Assembly: GCF_048262615.1 (NCBI RefSeq)
Contig: NZ_JBLXFB010000018.1
Span: 2,631 to 66,630 of the forward strand
Length of the DNA stretch: 64,000 nt
Direction: 5' to 3'
Source: Antarctobacter sp.
Lineage (GTDB): Bacteria > Pseudomonadota > Alphaproteobacteria > Rhodobacterales > Rhodobacteraceae
A model generated the notes under the pieces. The model saw only the letters and a list, made by a program, of their open reading frames with translations. It searched no databases and was not told the origin of the DNA. Below, piece after piece: positions 38,035-47,112 of the stretch (its first letter is position 1; the number at the start of each line of letters is the position of its first letter). The translations under genes were made by a program, and so were the position numbers.

Positions 38035-39577
38035 GCACGCTGGCGGAAAACACCGGCCGTCGTCGCCGCAAACGCGGCGGCGACACCCCCACCGCCAAAC
38101 GCCACGTCAACTATCGCCAGTTGAAGAACCCTTTCACGCCGCAAACCGTCTTTTCCGAAGACCGCGTTGCCGCGATCCACGACACCTCTTTAAGGGTGCT
38201 GGAGGAACTGGGCATCAAGGTGCTGCTGCCCGAGGCCCGCAGGCTGTTTGCACAGGCGGGCGCGCGCGTCGATGACGACAGCCAGATGGTCCACATCGGG
38301 CGCGATATTGTTACTGCCGCGCTGGCCTCCGCCCCGCGTCAGTTCACCCTGCACGGCGGCGCGCCGGACCGACATATTGACATGCAGTTAGGCAGCCTTG
38401 CGTTCCAGTCCGGGGCAGGGGCGCCGAACTGTTCCGACATGTTGCGCGGTCGCCGTCCCGGCACCTTGCGCGACGTTCAGGAACTGACCAGGATCGTTCA
38501 GCATTTCGACGCCATCCAGATGCTGTCACCGGGGGTAGAGCCGCAGGACATTCCCGTCCATCTGCGCCACTACGCCTTTACCCGGATGCAGCTCAGTATC
38601 TCGGACAAGGTGCCTTTTGTGTTCTCGCGTGGCACGGCGCAGGTCCGCGACGGGTTTGAGATGATCGCGGGTTTTCGCGGGCTGTCGGACGATCAGTTCA
38701 TGCAAAACCCGCATTGCTATACGATCATCAACACAAACTCGCCGCGCCAGATCGACATTCCCATGGCGCAGGGGCTGATCGACTTTGCCCGCCACGGGCA
38801 GGTCTCTGTCGTCACGCCGTTTTGCCTGATGGGGGCCATGGCGCCGGTCACGGTGGCCGGGGCGATCACCCTCTCCCATGCGGAGGCGCTGGCCGGGATC
38901 ACCCTCACCCAGCTTGCCAACCCCGGCGCGCCGGTCTGCTACGGGGCTTTTGCGTCCAACGTCGACATGAAAAGCGGCGCGCCCGCCTTTGGCACGCCGG
39001 AACAGGTCAAGGCCAGCCTTGCCGCCGGGCAACTGGCGCGGCTGGTCGGTCTGCCGTGGCGCAACGCCGCCGGATGCGCCGCCAACACCAACGACGCGCA
39101 GGCCGCGCATGAGACAGAGATCAGCGCTTGGGGGGCGCTGCTGTCGGGGCCAGCATCATCATCCACGCGGCAGGCTGGATCGAGGGCGGACTGACCGTCT
39201 CTTACGAAAAGCTCATCACCGATATGGAGATGGTGCAGGTCATGGCCGAACTCTGCGCCGCCACCCCGGCCGAGGACGCGGACATCGGCTTTGACGCGCT
39301 GGCAGAGGTGCAGCCGGGCGGGCATTTCTTTGGCTGCGCGCATACCATGGACCGCTACGCCACCGCCTTTTATGAACCGCTGGTGGCGGACTGGACCAAT
39401 TTTGGCACATGGACGGAACGCGGCGCGCGGGACGCCAACGACCGGGCGCTGGACCTCTGGCAACAGATCCTGTCCGATCACCGCGCGCCCGCCAATGCCA
39501 CCGGCGACCGTCTGGCGGCGCTGGATGGCTTTATCGCTACACGCACGCAGGAGGGCGGCGCGCCGCCCGCCGACTGA
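38031..39577 (+). pseudogene. Non-pyrrolysine MttB-family (MtgB-like) methyltransferase, split by a 1-nt frameshift near 39146
   Basis: ORF 38031-39194 has MttB motifs (INTNSPRQID, GAMAPVTVAGA, NVDMKSGAPAFGTPE); the C-terminal motifs (IIIHAAGWIEGGLTVSYEK) continue in another frame. Adding one G to GGGG 39146-39149 restores W-G-A-L-L-S-G-A-S-I-I-I-H and a 515-aa protein. Confidence 0.85.
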
Positions 39578-40224
39578 TGGCCGAAGACGACCTCCCCGGC
39601 AATATCAAGGTGACGCGCGCCGACTGGCTGCGCACCGCGATGGAGCTGCTGGTTTCGGACGGTGTGCAGTCGGTCAAGGTGCAGACCATCGGCACCCGCC
39701 TGGGCGTGTCACGCTCCTCGTTCTACTGGTATTTCCAAAGCCGTCAGGATCTGCTGGACCAACTGCTGGCGGAGTGGGAGCGCACCAACACCGGCGTCAT
39801 GATCGCCCATGCCGCGCTGCCCGCGCCGACGATCACCGCCGCGCTCAACAATTTCTTTCGCTGCGTGGTCGATCCTGAGGGGTTCAATCATCAACTGGAC
39901 TTTGCGGTGCGCGAATGGGCGCGGCGCGATGCCCGCGTGCGCGGCGTGATCGACCGGTCCGACACAGCCCGCCAGCAGGCGCTGGCACGGATGTTCGCCC
40001 GCCACGGCTATGACCCGGCAGAAGCCGACATCCGCGCCCGCGTGCTGTATTATCAGCAGATCGGCTACTACGCGCTGGAATTGTCCGAGACCGTCGAAGA
40101 ACGGCTAAGCCGGGTTGAGGGCTATTTGTATTGCTTCACGGGCGTGGTTCCGTCCAAGGAAGAGGTCGAAGACTTCAAACGTTACGCGCGGGGCGTTGCA
40201 GGCGGACACACGCGCCCTATCTGA
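39577..40224 (+). CDS. TetR/AcrR-family regulator
   Basis: ATG 39577 (TGATG overlap); TRADWL...LGVSRSSFYWYF HTH. Confidence 0.92.
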   Translation: MAEDDLPGNIKVTRADWLRTAMELLVSDGVQSVKVQTIGTRLGVSRSSFYWYFQSRQDLLDQLLAEWERTNTGVMIAHAALPAPTITAALNNFFRCVVDPEGFNHQLDFAVREWARRDARVRGVIDRSDTARQQALARMFARHGYDPAEADIRARVLYYQQIGYYALELSETVEERLSRVEGYLYCFTGVVPSKEEVEDFKRYARGVAGGHTRPI

Positions 40225-40343
40225 CAGGCAGAATCCGCGTGTCCGGCGGCACCACGGCAACTCCCCGCCGAAACCCGCGTGATTGTGACTCACCTTTGTA
40301 ATTTGCCTCTTTGCGCCCGCGTCACATCTTATAGGGTGGAACC

Positions 40344-42227
40344 ATGAAAACAGGGCTAGATATACCCTCGCGGGCCGTCAGGTGCCGCCGGACCGCGCGG
40401 GGCACCCCGCGCGCCGCCACCTTGTTGCGCGGCACGGTTTTTGCCGTTCTGACAGGCGTTTGCCTCACTCTGCCTTTCCCCGCGCAGAGCTTTGACAGTC
40501 TCGGCTTCAAGATCATCGGGCCTGACAGGGATACGCTTGAGGACAGTCTGCGCGCGGCCTCCATTCTGGCGCAGCTTGAGAAAGACGGCGACAAGGCCCC
40601 GCAGGACGTGCTGGCCGCCGCACAGGGCGATTACGCGCGTCTGGTCGAGGCGCTGTATGCGCAGGGCTATTATTCAGCCGTGGTGCGGATCACGCTGGAC
40701 GGACAAGAGGCGGCGACCATTCCGCCGTTTTCCGCCCCCAAGCAGATCAACAAGGTACGGGTGCGGGTCGAACCCGGCGCACGCTTTACCTTTGGTGAGG
40801 CCAAGGTCGCGCCCGTCAACAAACGGGCCCCGCTGCCCGAAGGATTCGCCCCCGGCGCACCGGCGCAGGCCACCGTGGTCCGCGACACCGCGCAGGCAGC
40901 GATAGAGGGCTGGCGCGCGGCGGGGTACGCCAAGGCCGAGATCGCCGACCAGAGCATCACCGCCCGCCATGCCGCGGCCAAGCTGGACGTGGCGCTGGCC
41001 GTGGCGCGGGGCCGTCAGTTCCGTTTCGGCGACGTGCAGGTGACATCGGACAGCGCGGTGCGCGAGGCGCGCATCCGCCAGATCGCCGGGGTGCCGCGCG
41101 GCGAAACCTTTGATCCGGTCGCGGTCGAGGATGCGGCGCAGCGGCTGCGCGCCACCGGCACCTTCCGGTCCGTCACCGTGACAGAGGCCGATGAGGGCGG
41201 GCCGGACGACACGCTGGATATCCTGATCGACGTCACCGACCGCAAGCCGCGCCGCTTTGGCTTTGGCGCGGAACTGTCCACCTCCGAGGGCGTGATGCTG
41301 TCGGGGTTCTGGCTACACCGGAACCTTTTCGGCGGGGCCGAGCGGTTCCGGGTGGAGGGCGAGGCCTCGCAACTGGGCGGGGCGGGGATGAAACCGGACT
41401 ACGATCTCACCGCGCGGTTCGAGAAACCGGCGGTCTACGGGCCGGATACGATGTTTTTTGCCACCACCGGTCTCAGCTATGACGATGAGCCGGATTACAT
41501 CGACCGCAGTTTCAATTTCGGCCTTGGCGTGACGCGGGCGTTCTCCAAACAGGTCTCCGGCGAGGTGGGCATTTCCTACAGCCGGTCGAACATCACCGAT
41601 CTCTATCTGCCGGGCGATCCGACGCGCCTGCTGACGATCCTGTCGCTGCCCACGGCGGTCACCATCGACCGCCGCGACGACAAGCTGGACCCGACAGAGG
41701 GGCTGTATCTGCGCGCCGAGCTGGAGCCGTTCGCCATCGTCAACCGGGGCGAAAGCGGCGGGCGCTATGCCTTTGACATCCGCGGTTACCGCGCCTTTGG
41801 CGCCGCTGAATCCGTGGTGCTGGCCGGTCGCTTGCAGGTGGCCGGGATGTTTGGGCCAGAGGCCGCCGACGCGCCGCCCGACTTTCTGCTGTATTCCGGC
41901 GGTGGCGGCACCGTGCGCGGCCAGCCGTATCAATCGCTGGACGTGGACTATTCCGGCACCCGTCTGGGCGGGCGCAGCTTTGTGGGCCTGTCGACAGAGG
42001 TGCGGGTGGATGTGACCGACAGCATCGGCGTCGTGGGTTTTGCCGACGCGGGCTATGTCGGGGCCGAAAGCTTTCCGGACGGCAGCGGCGACTGGCACGC
42101 GGGCGCGGGTCTGGGCATTCGCTATGCCACCCCGGTGGGGCCGATCCGCTTTGACGTGGCCGGGCCCGTGGCCGGTGACACCGGCGAGGGCGTACAGATT
42201 TATATCGGGATCGGGCAGGCATTCTGA
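40344..42227 (+). CDS. tamA: Autotransporter assembly outer-membrane protein TamA (start uncertain)
   Basis: POTRA-like repeats, YSGGGGTVRGQPYQSL (Omp85 VRG motif), YATPVGPIRFDVA, C-terminal IGQAF. Confidence 0.9.
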   Translation: MKTGLDIPSRAVRCRRTARGTPRAATLLRGTVFAVLTGVCLTLPFPAQSFDSLGFKIIGPDRDTLEDSLRAASILAQLEKDGDKAPQDVLAAAQGDYARLVEALYAQGYYSAVVRITLDGQEAATIPPFSAPKQINKVRVRVEPGARFTFGEAKVAPVNKRAPLPEGFAPGAPAQATVVRDTAQAAIEGWRAAGYAKAEIADQSITARHAAAKLDVALAVARGRQFRFGDVQVTSDSAVREARIRQIAGVPRGETFDPVAVEDAAQRLRATGTFRSVTVTEADEGGPDDTLDILIDVTDRKPRRFGFGAELSTSEGVMLSGFWLHRNLFGGAERFRVEGEASQLGGAGMKPDYDLTARFEKPAVYGPDTMFFATTGLSYDDEPDYIDRSFNFGLGVTRAFSKQVSGEVGISYSRSNITDLYLPGDPTRLLTILSLPTAVTIDRRDDKLDPTEGLYLRAELEPFAIVNRGESGGRYAFDIRGYRAFGAAESVVLAGRLQVAGMFGPEAADAPPDFLLYSGGGGTVRGQPYQSLDVDYSGTRLGGRSFVGLSTEVRVDVTDSIGVVGFADAGYVGAESFPDGSGDWHAGAGLGIRYATPVGPIRFDVAGPVAGDTGEGVQIYIGIGQAF

Positions 42228-45200
42228 TGCGTTTTTTACGAGTTTTCTTGGTGCTGGTTCTCTGGCCGGTGACGCTGGTCGCGCAACAGGACGATCGCGG
42301 CTATATTCAGGGTCTGCTGGAGGACGCGCTGTCCGACGCGGGCCGCGAGGTGCGGATCGAAGGCTTTGCCGGGGCGCTGAGTTCGCGCGCCACCATCGAC
42401 CGGATCATCATTTCCGATGAGGACGGCGTCTGGCTGACCGCCAGCGACGTGGCGATGATCTGGACCCGCACCGCGCTGGTGCGCGGCGCGGTCGAGATCG
42501 ATGAGATCACCGTGGGCCGGATCGAGATGCCGCGCTTGCCGGTGCCGCTGGCCTCTGACGCGCCGCCCTCACCCGAGGCGCGCAGCGCGTTCAAACTGCC
42601 GGAACTGCCGGTGTCGCTGCGGCTGGCGGATCTGGACCTGCAAGAGGTCGTGCTGGGCGCGCCGGTGGCGACCGAGGATCTGGTGCTGCGGGTGCAGGGC
42701 AATGCGCAGCTTTCCGGCGGCGAGGGCGATGCCACCCTGACCATCGACCGGCTGGACGCCGGGGGCAGCCTGCGGCTGGCGGGGGCCTACAGCAACGCCA
42801 GCCGTGTGCTGCGGATCGACACCGCGTTTGAGGAACCGGCGGGCGGGCTGGCGGCGCGGATGCTGGGCCTGCCGGGGGAGCCGTCGGTGGCGCTCAGCCT
42901 GAAAGGCGAGGCACCGATCGACGATTTCGCCGCCGAACTGGTGCTGGCCACCGACGGGGTCGAACGACTGGCGGGCGACATCGTGCTGCGCGCCAATGGC
43001 GATGCGGACACGCAGCAGGTGTCGCTGGACATCGGCGGCGACCTTGCCCCGATGCTGGCCCCCGCCTACCGCGAGTTTCTGGGGGATGACATCCGCCTGC
43101 GGGCCGATGCGACCCGCCGCGCCGACGGGGCGATTGCGCTGGACCAGTTGAACCTGCGCGCCGATGCGCTGCGGCTGACCGGCTCTGCCGCCATCGCGGG
43201 CGACGGCTGGCCGCAGCGGCTGGCGCTGTCGGGGCAGATTGTGCCGCCCGAGGGCGAACTGGTGCTGCTGCCGCTGCCGGGCCAAAAGATCTATGTCGCC
43301 GGCGCGACGCTGGAGGGCGGTTTTGACGCCGGTGCCGGCAACGGCTGGACGCTGAACCTTGAGACCACCGGCATCACCACCGATGCGGGCCGCGCCGACC
43401 GGCTGGTGCTGAACGGCGCGGGTGAGATCGATCGCGCCGCGTCGCGCGTGACCGGTGGGCTGCGGCTGGCCGCCGGGGGGCTGGCGCTGTCGGAACAGGC
43501 ACTGGCCGAGGCGGTGGGCACCGGCCTGCGCGGCCGCTTTGACTTTGACTGGCAACCGGGTGCGCCGCTGGTGCTGAGCGCGCTGGATCTGTCGGGGGCC
43601 GACTATGGCCTGACCGGTGCCGTCACCGTGGGCGAGGCTGAAACCCTGAACCCGGTGGTGACGCCGGACGTGCGGCTGTCGGCTGAGGACCTGTCGCGCT
43701 TTGCCGCGCTGTCCGGCATCGCCCTGCGCGGCGCTGCGCAACTGTCGATCAAGGGTGAGGTGCGGCCCGTCACCGGCGGTTTCGACCTTGGCCTTGATGG
43801 CACCACGCAGGGGCTGGCCACCGGCATTGCGCAGGTCGATCCGCTGATTGCCGGGGTCGGCAGCCTGCAACTGGAGGCGGTCCGCGATGAGGCGGGCCTG
43901 CGCGCCGACCGTCTGTTGCTGGTCACGCCAGAGGCACGGATCGAGGGCAGCGGCAGGCTGGTTACCGGGGCCAGCAGCCTGCGGGCAGAGGCCCGCATCC
44001 GCGAGACCGCGCTGGTCCTGCCGGACCTGTCGGGACCCACCACGCTGGACCTCAAGGCCGATCAGAACGGCGATCTCTGGACGCTGGAGGCCAATGGCGC
44101 GCTGGCCGAGGCGGGGCGGCTGATCTACGCGGGCACGGTGGATTTCGGGACCGATGTGCCCAAGGCGTCGGGGCGGCTGGAGGCGGCGATCTCGCGGCTG
44201 TCGGCCTTTTCCGATCTGGCCGGGCAGCCGTTGAATGGCGCTGCCGACCTGACCGTCACCGGCGAGGGCCGCATCGACGGCAGCGCCTTTTCGGTCGCCG
44301 CCGAAGGCCGCACCACGGACCTGCGCCTTGGGCTGCCCCAGATCGACCCGCTGCTGGCGGGACGCAGCGCGCTGAGCGTCAAGGCCGCGCGCACCGCCAA
44401 TGGGCCGATCACCTTTGACCCGCTGACCCTGAACGGGGTGGTGGATGCGACATTCACCGGCACGGTGACGCCCGGTGGCTTGCAAGGCCCCAAGGTGGAC
44501 GGGCGGCTGACGGCGGACATGGCCTCGCTGGCCCCGCTGTCGCGGCTGACCGGCCTGTCCCTGCGCGGGGCGGCGCAGATCGACGCGCAGGCCTCGGGCG
44601 GGGTGCTGAAAGGCCCGCTGGACCTGTCGGCGGTGGTGCGCGGGCAGGGGCTGGGCATCGGCCAGAGCACGGTGGACCCGCTGCTGACGGGCAATACCCG
44701 GCTGGACCTGACCGTGGCGCGGCAGGAAAACGGCGCGTATCGCATCAGCGAGGCGATGCTGGACGCCAGCGGCATCGACGCGCGCGTGACCGGCAGCTAC
44801 GGGCCGGGGGCCGCCGCCGATCTGAACCTTGTGGTCGCGCTGGCCAATCTGGGCGCTCTGGTGCCCGATCTGCCGGGATCGGCGCAGGTCACCGGCAGCG
44901 CGCGGCGCGATGGCGGGCCTTGGCGGCTGGCGCTGGACGGCACCGGACCGGGCGGCATCGGCGCGCGGGTGAGCGGCACGGCGGCCGAGGATTTCAGCCG
45001 GTTCGATCTGAACCTGAACGGCTCCGCGCCGCTGGCGCTGGCCAACGGTCGGCTGGCCCCGCAGGTGGTCAACGGCATCGTCACCTTTGATCTGGGCCTG
45101 AACGGCCCGCCGCAACTGTCGGCTCTGTCGGGCGTGATTGCGACCAATGGCGCGCGCTTTGCCGCGCCCGCGCTCAACATCATCCTGAACGATCTTGGCG

Positions 45201-46288
45201 GGCAGGTGCGCCTGTCGGGGGGCCGGGCGCAACTGTCGGTCACCGGCGCGCTGGACAGCGGCGGACGGGTTGCGCTGGAGGGGCCGGTGACGCTGAGCCC
45301 GCCGTTCGACGGGGCGCTGGTGTTGCGCCTGCGCGACGCGGTGGTGCGCCAGCCCGACTTGTTCGAGACCACCGCCAACGGCGAGGTTCGCATCGACGGC
45401 CCGCTGACCGGCGGCGCGCGGATCGGCGGGGTGGTGGATCTGGGCACGGTGGAGGCGCGTATCCCCAACATCGGCGCCAGCTATGCGGCGCTGGACGGGC
45501 TGCGCCATCAGGGCATGCCGCAGGATGTGGCGCTGACGCTGAAATTCGCCGGTCTGGACGGAGAGGCCGGCGCGGCCCGCGGCCCCGCCGTCAGTTTTCC
45601 GCTGGACCTGACGGTGCGGGCGGTCAACCGAATCTTTGTGCGTGGTCGCGGGCTGGACGCGGAACTGGGCGGCACGCTGCGCCTGCGCGGCACCACGTCG
45701 GACATCGTGCCGGTGGGGCAGTTCGACCTGATCCGGGGCCGTCTGGACCTGCTGGGCCGACGGCTGGACCTGACCGAAGGCTCTGTGGCGCTGCGCGGCA
45801 GCTTTGACCCGGTTGTGCGCTTTGTCGCCACCACGCGGGTCGAGGACACCGACATCACCATCACCATCGAGGGACCGGCCTCTTCGCCGGAGCTGGTGGT
45901 CGGCTCGGTGCCGGAACTGCCGCAGGACGAGGCGCTGTCGTTCTTCCTGTTTGGCCGCTCGGTGACGGAACTGTCGGCATTGCAGGCGGTGCAGCTTGCC
46001 TCTGCCGTGCGCACCCTGTCGGGACGCGGCGGGCTGGGCCTGACGGAATCGCTGCGCAGCGGGCTGGGGGTGTCGGAACTGGACATCGGCACCGCCGACG
46101 ATGGCACCATCGAGGCCCGCGCGGGGGCTTATCTGGGGGAAAACCTGTACAGCGACGTGACCGTGGACGCCAAAGGCGCCAGCGAGATCAACCTGAACCT
46201 GACGGTGAACCCAAACGTGACCGTGCGCGGGAGGTTGGGGTCCGATGGCACCAGCGGGATCGGCGTGTTCTTTGAGCGCGATTACTGA
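42227..46288 (+). CDS. tamB: Translocation and assembly module TamB
   Basis: 1353 aa Gly/Leu-rich beta-taco; DUF490-like C-terminus (FVRGRGLDAELGG...GVFFERDY); overlaps the tamA stop. Confidence 0.92.
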   Translation: MRFLRVFLVLVLWPVTLVAQQDDRGYIQGLLEDALSDAGREVRIEGFAGALSSRATIDRIIISDEDGVWLTASDVAMIWTRTALVRGAVEIDEITVGRIEMPRLPVPLASDAPPSPEARSAFKLPELPVSLRLADLDLQEVVLGAPVATEDLVLRVQGNAQLSGGEGDATLTIDRLDAGGSLRLAGAYSNASRVLRIDTAFEEPAGGLAARMLGLPGEPSVALSLKGEAPIDDFAAELVLATDGVERLAGDIVLRANGDADTQQVSLDIGGDLAPMLAPAYREFLGDDIRLRADATRRADGAIALDQLNLRADALRLTGSAAIAGDGWPQRLALSGQIVPPEGELVLLPLPGQKIYVAGATLEGGFDAGAGNGWTLNLETTGITTDAGRADRLVLNGAGEIDRAASRVTGGLRLAAGGLALSEQALAEAVGTGLRGRFDFDWQPGAPLVLSALDLSGADYGLTGAVTVGEAETLNPVVTPDVRLSAEDLSRFAALSGIALRGAAQLSIKGEVRPVTGGFDLGLDGTTQGLATGIAQVDPLIAGVGSLQLEAVRDEAGLRADRLLLVTPEARIEGSGRLVTGASSLRAEARIRETALVLPDLSGPTTLDLKADQNGDLWTLEANGALAEAGRLIYAGTVDFGTDVPKASGRLEAAISRLSAFSDLAGQPLNGAADLTVTGEGRIDGSAFSVAAEGRTTDLRLGLPQIDPLLAGRSALSVKAARTANGPITFDPLTLNGVVDATFTGTVTPGGLQGPKVDGRLTADMASLAPLSRLTGLSLRGAAQIDAQASGGVLKGPLDLSAVVRGQGLGIGQSTVDPLLTGNTRLDLTVARQENGAYRISEAMLDASGIDARVTGSYGPGAAADLNLVVALANLGALVPDLPGSAQVTGSARRDGGPWRLALDGTGPGGIGARVSGTAAEDFSRFDLNLNGSAPLALANGRLAPQVVNGIVTFDLGLNGPPQLSALSGVIATNGARFAAPALNIILNDLGGQVRLSGGRAQLSVTGALDSGGRVALEGPVTLSPPFDGALVLRLRDAVVRQPDLFETTANGEVRIDGPLTGGARIGGVVDLGTVEARIPNIGASYAALDGLRHQGMPQDVALTLKFAGLDGEAGAARGPAVSFPLDLTVRAVNRIFVRGRGLDAELGGTLRLRGTTSDIVPVGQFDLIRGRLDLLGRRLDLTEGSVALRGSFDPVVRFVATTRVEDTDITITIEGPASSPELVVGSVPELPQDEALSFFLFGRSVTELSALQAVQLASAVRTLSGRGGLGLTESLRSGLGVSELDIGTADDGTIEARAGAYLGENLYSDVTVDAKGASEINLNLTVNPNVTVRGRLGSDGTSGIGVFFERDY

Positions 46289-46360
46289 GCGGGATTACTG
46301 ACCGGAATTTTGGGCCCGCGTTTTTGGGCCGGAAATTTGGGCCGGGAATTTGGGCCGGGG
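46280..46360. repeat. Degenerate 13-14-bp tandem array
   Basis: GATTACTGA twice (46280, 46293); TTTGGGCC four times (46309, 46323, 46336, 46349). Confidence 0.8.
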
Positions 46361-46361
46361 A

Positions 46362-46420
46362 CCGGGGACGGCGCTCGACGCAGCCTGCGGCTGCGACGTC
46401 GCCCCGCCCACCGTCCCCGG
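46362..46420. repeat. REP-like nested hairpin
   Basis: CCGGGGACGG / CCGTCCCCGG outer arms; inner CGCAGCC-tgc-GGCTGCG. Confidence 0.7.
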
Positions 46421-46478
46421 CGGCAAGCGCGCCTTGCGGCGCGGGTCGCCACTTCAAGACTCACCCGCGAACAGGCCC

Positions 46479-46643
46479 GTGGCTGTTCCCCGCAGCCATC
46501 CCTCGCTTTTTTGCTGCCTGAACCAGCCGCCAGCGCCGCGCAAGGGCAGGCCGCGCAAAGGCGCGGGGCTGCGCCCCCTTGCGCGGCCCTGACGCCCGGC
46601 TCTTTTCGGCATCAAGCGAGAGACGGCTCCGGGGAACAGCCAC
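46479..46643. mobile_element. 165-bp MITE/REPIN-like palindromic element
   Basis: 30-bp terminal inverted repeats (27/30 match) at 46479-46508 and 46614-46643; inner 12-bp IR at 46535-46546 / 46576-46587; both pairs centred on 46561. Confidence 0.7.
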
Positions 46644-46671
46644 TTGGTGGCGGGACGGGGGGATGCGCCTG

Positions 46672-47091
46672 TCAGCGCACCACCAGCACCGATTGTCTTG
46701 CGTGGCGGACCACACGGGCGGCATTGGGGCCGACCAGATAGTCACGCAGTTCCGGGCGATGGGCCCCGACCACAATCGCCTCGGCGTCGATGGCTTCGGC
46801 GGTGCGGATGATCTTGTCGTAGACCGTGCCCTGATCGATGTGCAGATGTGCCGCGATCCCCAGTACCTCGTCGACCCATTTGTGCAGGGCGACGCGCGTT
46901 TCCTCCATCATTGTGCCGGCGAAGTCTCCGCCAAAGGCGGAGCCCACCAGCGCGAAGCCCATGTTGGGCACCACGCTGATCACATGGACCTCGGCGTCGC
47001 ACATCCGCGCCAGTGCCGCCCCGTATTCCGCCACGCGGGCGGAGCCTGCGGTGTCGTTCATATCAACCGCCAGAAGGATCTTGCCATACAT
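46672..47091 (-). CDS. Universal stress protein (TRAP-associated, TeaD-like)
   Basis: KILLAVD, AIVVGAH...LVGPNAARVVRHARQSVLVVR. Confidence 0.93.
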   Translation of the reverse strand: MYGKILLAVDMNDTAGSARVAEYGAALARMCDAEVHVISVVPNMGFALVGSAFGGDFAGTMMEETRVALHKWVDEVLGIAAHLHIDQGTVYDKIIRTAEAIDAEAIVVGAHRPELRDYLVGPNAARVVRHARQSVLVVR

Positions 47092-47112
47092 CTTGTCTCT
47101 CCTTGCGTTGGG

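Noticed and set aside
38031-39577. Pyrrolysine recoding or a deliberate two-gene split of MttB
   Set aside because: No in-frame TAG; the break is a frame change inside a conserved motif, and the second ORF's start lacks a convincing SD.
42569-45508. 979-aa minus-strand ORF
   Set aside because: Shadow of tamB.
46280-46643. Mini-CRISPR or autonomous IS
   Set aside because: Units are too short and spacerless, and there is no transposase ORF; kept only as repeat/MITE candidates.
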